Assembly: GCA_001604565.1 (NCBI GenBank)
Contig: LVBV01000015.1
Location: 10,719 to 74,718 of the forward strand
Length of the DNA stretch: 64,000 nucleotides
Reading direction: 5' to 3'
Origin: Puniceicoccales bacterium Verruco_01
GTDB taxonomy: Bacteria; Verrucomicrobiota; Verrucomicrobiia; Opitutales; Oceanipulchritudinaceae
In this document: positions 62,104 to 64,000 of the stretch, in pieces
Layout of the letters: each line of letters opens with the position of its first letter
Numbering within the stretch: position 1 is the stretch's first letter
The notes under the pieces: generated by a model
Told to the model about the DNA's origin: nothing
What the model saw: only the letters and a program-made list of their open reading frames with translations
Database searches by the model: none
Position numbers and translations under genes: made by a program

Positions 62104-63744
62104 TCACTTCGAAGGAGTCTGCGGCGGATCGACGAAGACGTATTTCCACGGGTGCCAGTCCATGGGATTGGGCTCCCAGCCGCGGACGCCGGGGTGAATC
62201 TGCCGCGTGGTGTTGTAATGATAGATGGCGATGACCGGGCTTTCCGCGAGCAGGAGCGCCTCCGCCTTCCGCGCGAGGGCAGCGGACTCTTCCGGGCTTT
62301 GCGCGTTCTTCGCCTCCTCCACGAGGCGGTCGAACTCCGGATTCGCCCAGCGGGCGAAGTTGTTGCCCCCGCCCGAAAGAAGAAGATCGAGGAAGGAGAA
62401 GGCACTCGGATAATCGGCGATCCAGCTCGCGCGCAGGATGTCGAAATCCCCCTTCTGGCGGCTGCCGAGGTAGCTCTTGAAGTCCTCGTTCCGCAGGTCC
62501 ACGTCGATGCCGAGGACCTCCTTCCACATCGCCTGCACCGCCTCGGCGATCAGGCGGTGATTCTCGGAGGTGTTATAGAGCAGTTCCAGCTTCGGGAAGC
62601 CGGCGCCGCTGGGATAGCCCGCTTGTGAAAGGAGCCGCCGGGCTTCGTCTGCGTTGCATCCGAGTTCCTCGCAGGGCAGGTATCCCTCCACGGCGGGGAC
62701 GAAGCTGCGGGCCGGGCGCTGCGCTCCGCCGAGGAGGTTGACGGCGATGGCCCGCCGGTCGATGGCGAGCGACAGGGCCCGGCGCACGTCAGGATTGTCA
62801 AGGGGCGGATGCGAGGTGTTGAGAGCGTAGTAATAGACCCCGAGGTATGGATCTACCCGCAGGGCCGGATTCTTCTGCCGCTTGAGAAAGGCGATGCGGC
62901 CCACGGGCACCGTGTCGGTCACGTGGAGCTGGCCGCCCTGAAAGGCCGTGTCCTCCACGGTGATGCTCTCGATGGGCAGGAAGCGCAGGCCCTTGAGGCG
63001 CACGGTGGCCGCGTCCCAATAATCCGGGTTGGCCTTGAGTTCGATCCGGCGCCCGCTTTCCCACGCCTCCATCATGAAGGGACCGCTGGAAAGAAGGCCC
63101 GGTGCGCGAGTCCAGCCGTTGGACCTTTCAAAAGCCCCGCCGGAAGCCTCGATGGATTTGCGCGGCAGGACGGCGAGGGCCGGGTGCGTGAGGATGGAGA
63201 GGAACCACGGGGTGCGCCGCTCCAGCGTGACGAGGATCGTCCGGGAGTTCGGCGCGGCAAGGCCCACCGCGTCAAAACCGGCCTTGCCAGCGTTGAAGGC
63301 GTCGGCGCCCTTCACGGCGGATAACAGAACCGCGTTGGCCGAGGCCATCTCCGGGGCGAGGAGGCGCCTCCACGAAAAGAGCACGTCGGCGGAGGTGATC
63401 GCCGTGCCGTCCGACCATTTCAGGCCCTCGCGAAGGTGAAAGGCATATGTGCATCCGTCCTCCGACATCGTCCAGTGCTCCGCCAGCGCCGGTTCGGGCG
63501 CGAGGGTCCTGGGGTTGGGCGCCACGAGGCCCTCGAAGAGCGCCCTCTCCACGTTCTGTTCCTCGACGCTCGTCGTGAGCTGGGGGTCCAGCGTCGCGGG
63601 CTCCACCTTGTTGCCCACGACGAGGATGCCCTGCGCCGCGGCGGCGTCGGCCTGCGTCGTGCCGCGCGAGCAGCCGGAAAAGAGCGCGGGGGTCGTTGCC
63701 AGCGCAGCCACCGGGAGAAGCCGGAAGAAACCGGAGAGGATCAT
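62104..63744 (-). CDS. ABC-transporter family-5 (peptide/oligosaccharide) solute-binding lipoprotein
   Basis: Lipobox 'PALFSGC' after Met 63744. 'EPATLDPQ', 'WSDGTAITSADV' and 'YNTTRQIHPGVRGW' are typical of SBP_bac_5. No permease or ATPase genes are adjacent. Confidence 0.85.
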   Translation of the reverse strand: MILSGFFRLLPVAALATTPALFSGCSRGTTQADAAAAQGILVVGNKVEPATLDPQLTTSVEEQNVERALFEGLVAPNPRTLAPEPALAEHWTMSEDGCTYAFHLREGLKWSDGTAITSADVLFSWRRLLAPEMASANAVLLSAVKGADAFNAGKAGFDAVGLAAPNSRTILVTLERRTPWFLSILTHPALAVLPRKSIEASGGAFERSNGWTRAPGLLSSGPFMMEAWESGRRIELKANPDYWDAATVRLKGLRFLPIESITVEDTAFQGGQLHVTDTVPVGRIAFLKRQKNPALRVDPYLGVYYYALNTSHPPLDNPDVRRALSLAIDRRAIAVNLLGGAQRPARSFVPAVEGYLPCEELGCNADEARRLLSQAGYPSGAGFPKLELLYNTSENHRLIAEAVQAMWKEVLGIDVDLRNEDFKSYLGSRQKGDFDILRASWIADYPSAFSFLDLLLSGGGNNFARWANPEFDRLVEEAKNAQSPEESAALARKAEALLLAESPVIAIYHYNTTRQIHPGVRGWEPNPMDWHPWKYVFVDPPQTPSK

Positions 63745-63838
63745 GGCGCGATTCTTGTGCGGGAGACGGTCGAATGGAAGTGGAAACGTCAAGCGGCGGC
63801 GTTGACGGGACTGCGGCATGCCGATAGGTTCCCCTTGT

Positions 63839-64000
63839 ATGCGCCTGCGAATCATTTTGGCGGTGGCGATCGTTCTGGCGGCGTGCTTCTGCGTCATTCA
63901 GTTCACGCGGGGACCGGAACGGCGCGCCGGGCAGCGTCAGACACCGTCCGCCGATCCGTCCGGGCGGGGTCGCACACGCCTCATGCAGTATCTGGAAAGC
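63839..64000 (+). CDS. possible membrane-anchored protein, 5' fragment running off the window
   Basis: ATG at 63839 gives 'MRLRIILAVAIVLAACFCVIQF...', which stays open to the window end. It is absent from the ORF track because no stop is seen. Confidence 0.3.
   Translation, partial: MRLRIILAVAIVLAACFCVIQFTRGPERRAGQRQTPSADPSGRGRTRLMQYLES

Noticed and set aside
1-64000. Search by eye for tRNA, rRNA, tmRNA and CRISPR arrays
   Set aside because: No T-loop-like GGTTCGAATCC contexts within cloverleaf-sized spacers, no rRNA-like stretches and no regularly spaced direct repeats were seen. This visual scan cannot exclude small RNAs.

Overview
GC-rich (by eye roughly 60-65% G+C) bacterial chromosomal segment, densely coded on both strands. 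The taxon is only a guess: prepilin-type N-termini, Sec/lipoprotein outer-membrane proteins ending in Phe, GH39/GH94 glycan genes and 'aatctgcg'-type intergenic palindromes suggest a PVC-group organism (Verrucomicrobiota/Kiritimatiellota-like). Most of the window is ordinary housekeeping. In order: glyA tail, a small glycan-use group (YhcH-like, GH39, GH94 phosphorylase), cydAB, pgi, rsmI-ppx-ppk2, rluD, prc-glnE, glgP, a split pta, a lone gspF/pilC, a metal cluster (NRAMP, MazG-like, ferritin, CDF), sucB-lpdA, fabG-acpP-fabF, a CNNM/CBS transporter, hemB, rlmI, peroxiredoxin, mreCD, cimA, gloA, an M29 aminopeptidase, hisE-hisG, an orphan OmpR-type regulator, an AEC transporter and a family-5 solute-binding lipoprotein. 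Four accessory or unusual parts stand out. (1) 16.3-20.9 kb: a family-B DNA polymerase whose exonuclease carboxylates appear substituted. It is linked by GTGA/ATGA overlaps to two pseudopilin-like genes and faces an XRE-HTH::MBL fusion and a second XRE regulator. (2) 48.4-49.6 kb: an AT-rich islet between hemB and rlmI carrying a beta-class DNA methyltransferase and an 85-aa partner ORF, with TGTACA palindromes and no nuclease. (3) A decayed IS30-family element between glgP and glnE. (4) REP-like palindromic intergenic elements sharing CGCAGATT/AATCTGCG cores. I recognised no rRNA, tRNA or CRISPR array by eye. All family assignments come from reading the supplied translations and remembered motifs; no searches were run. 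Starts are approximate where stated. Many long ORFs in the track are antisense or out-of-frame artefacts of the high G+C content.
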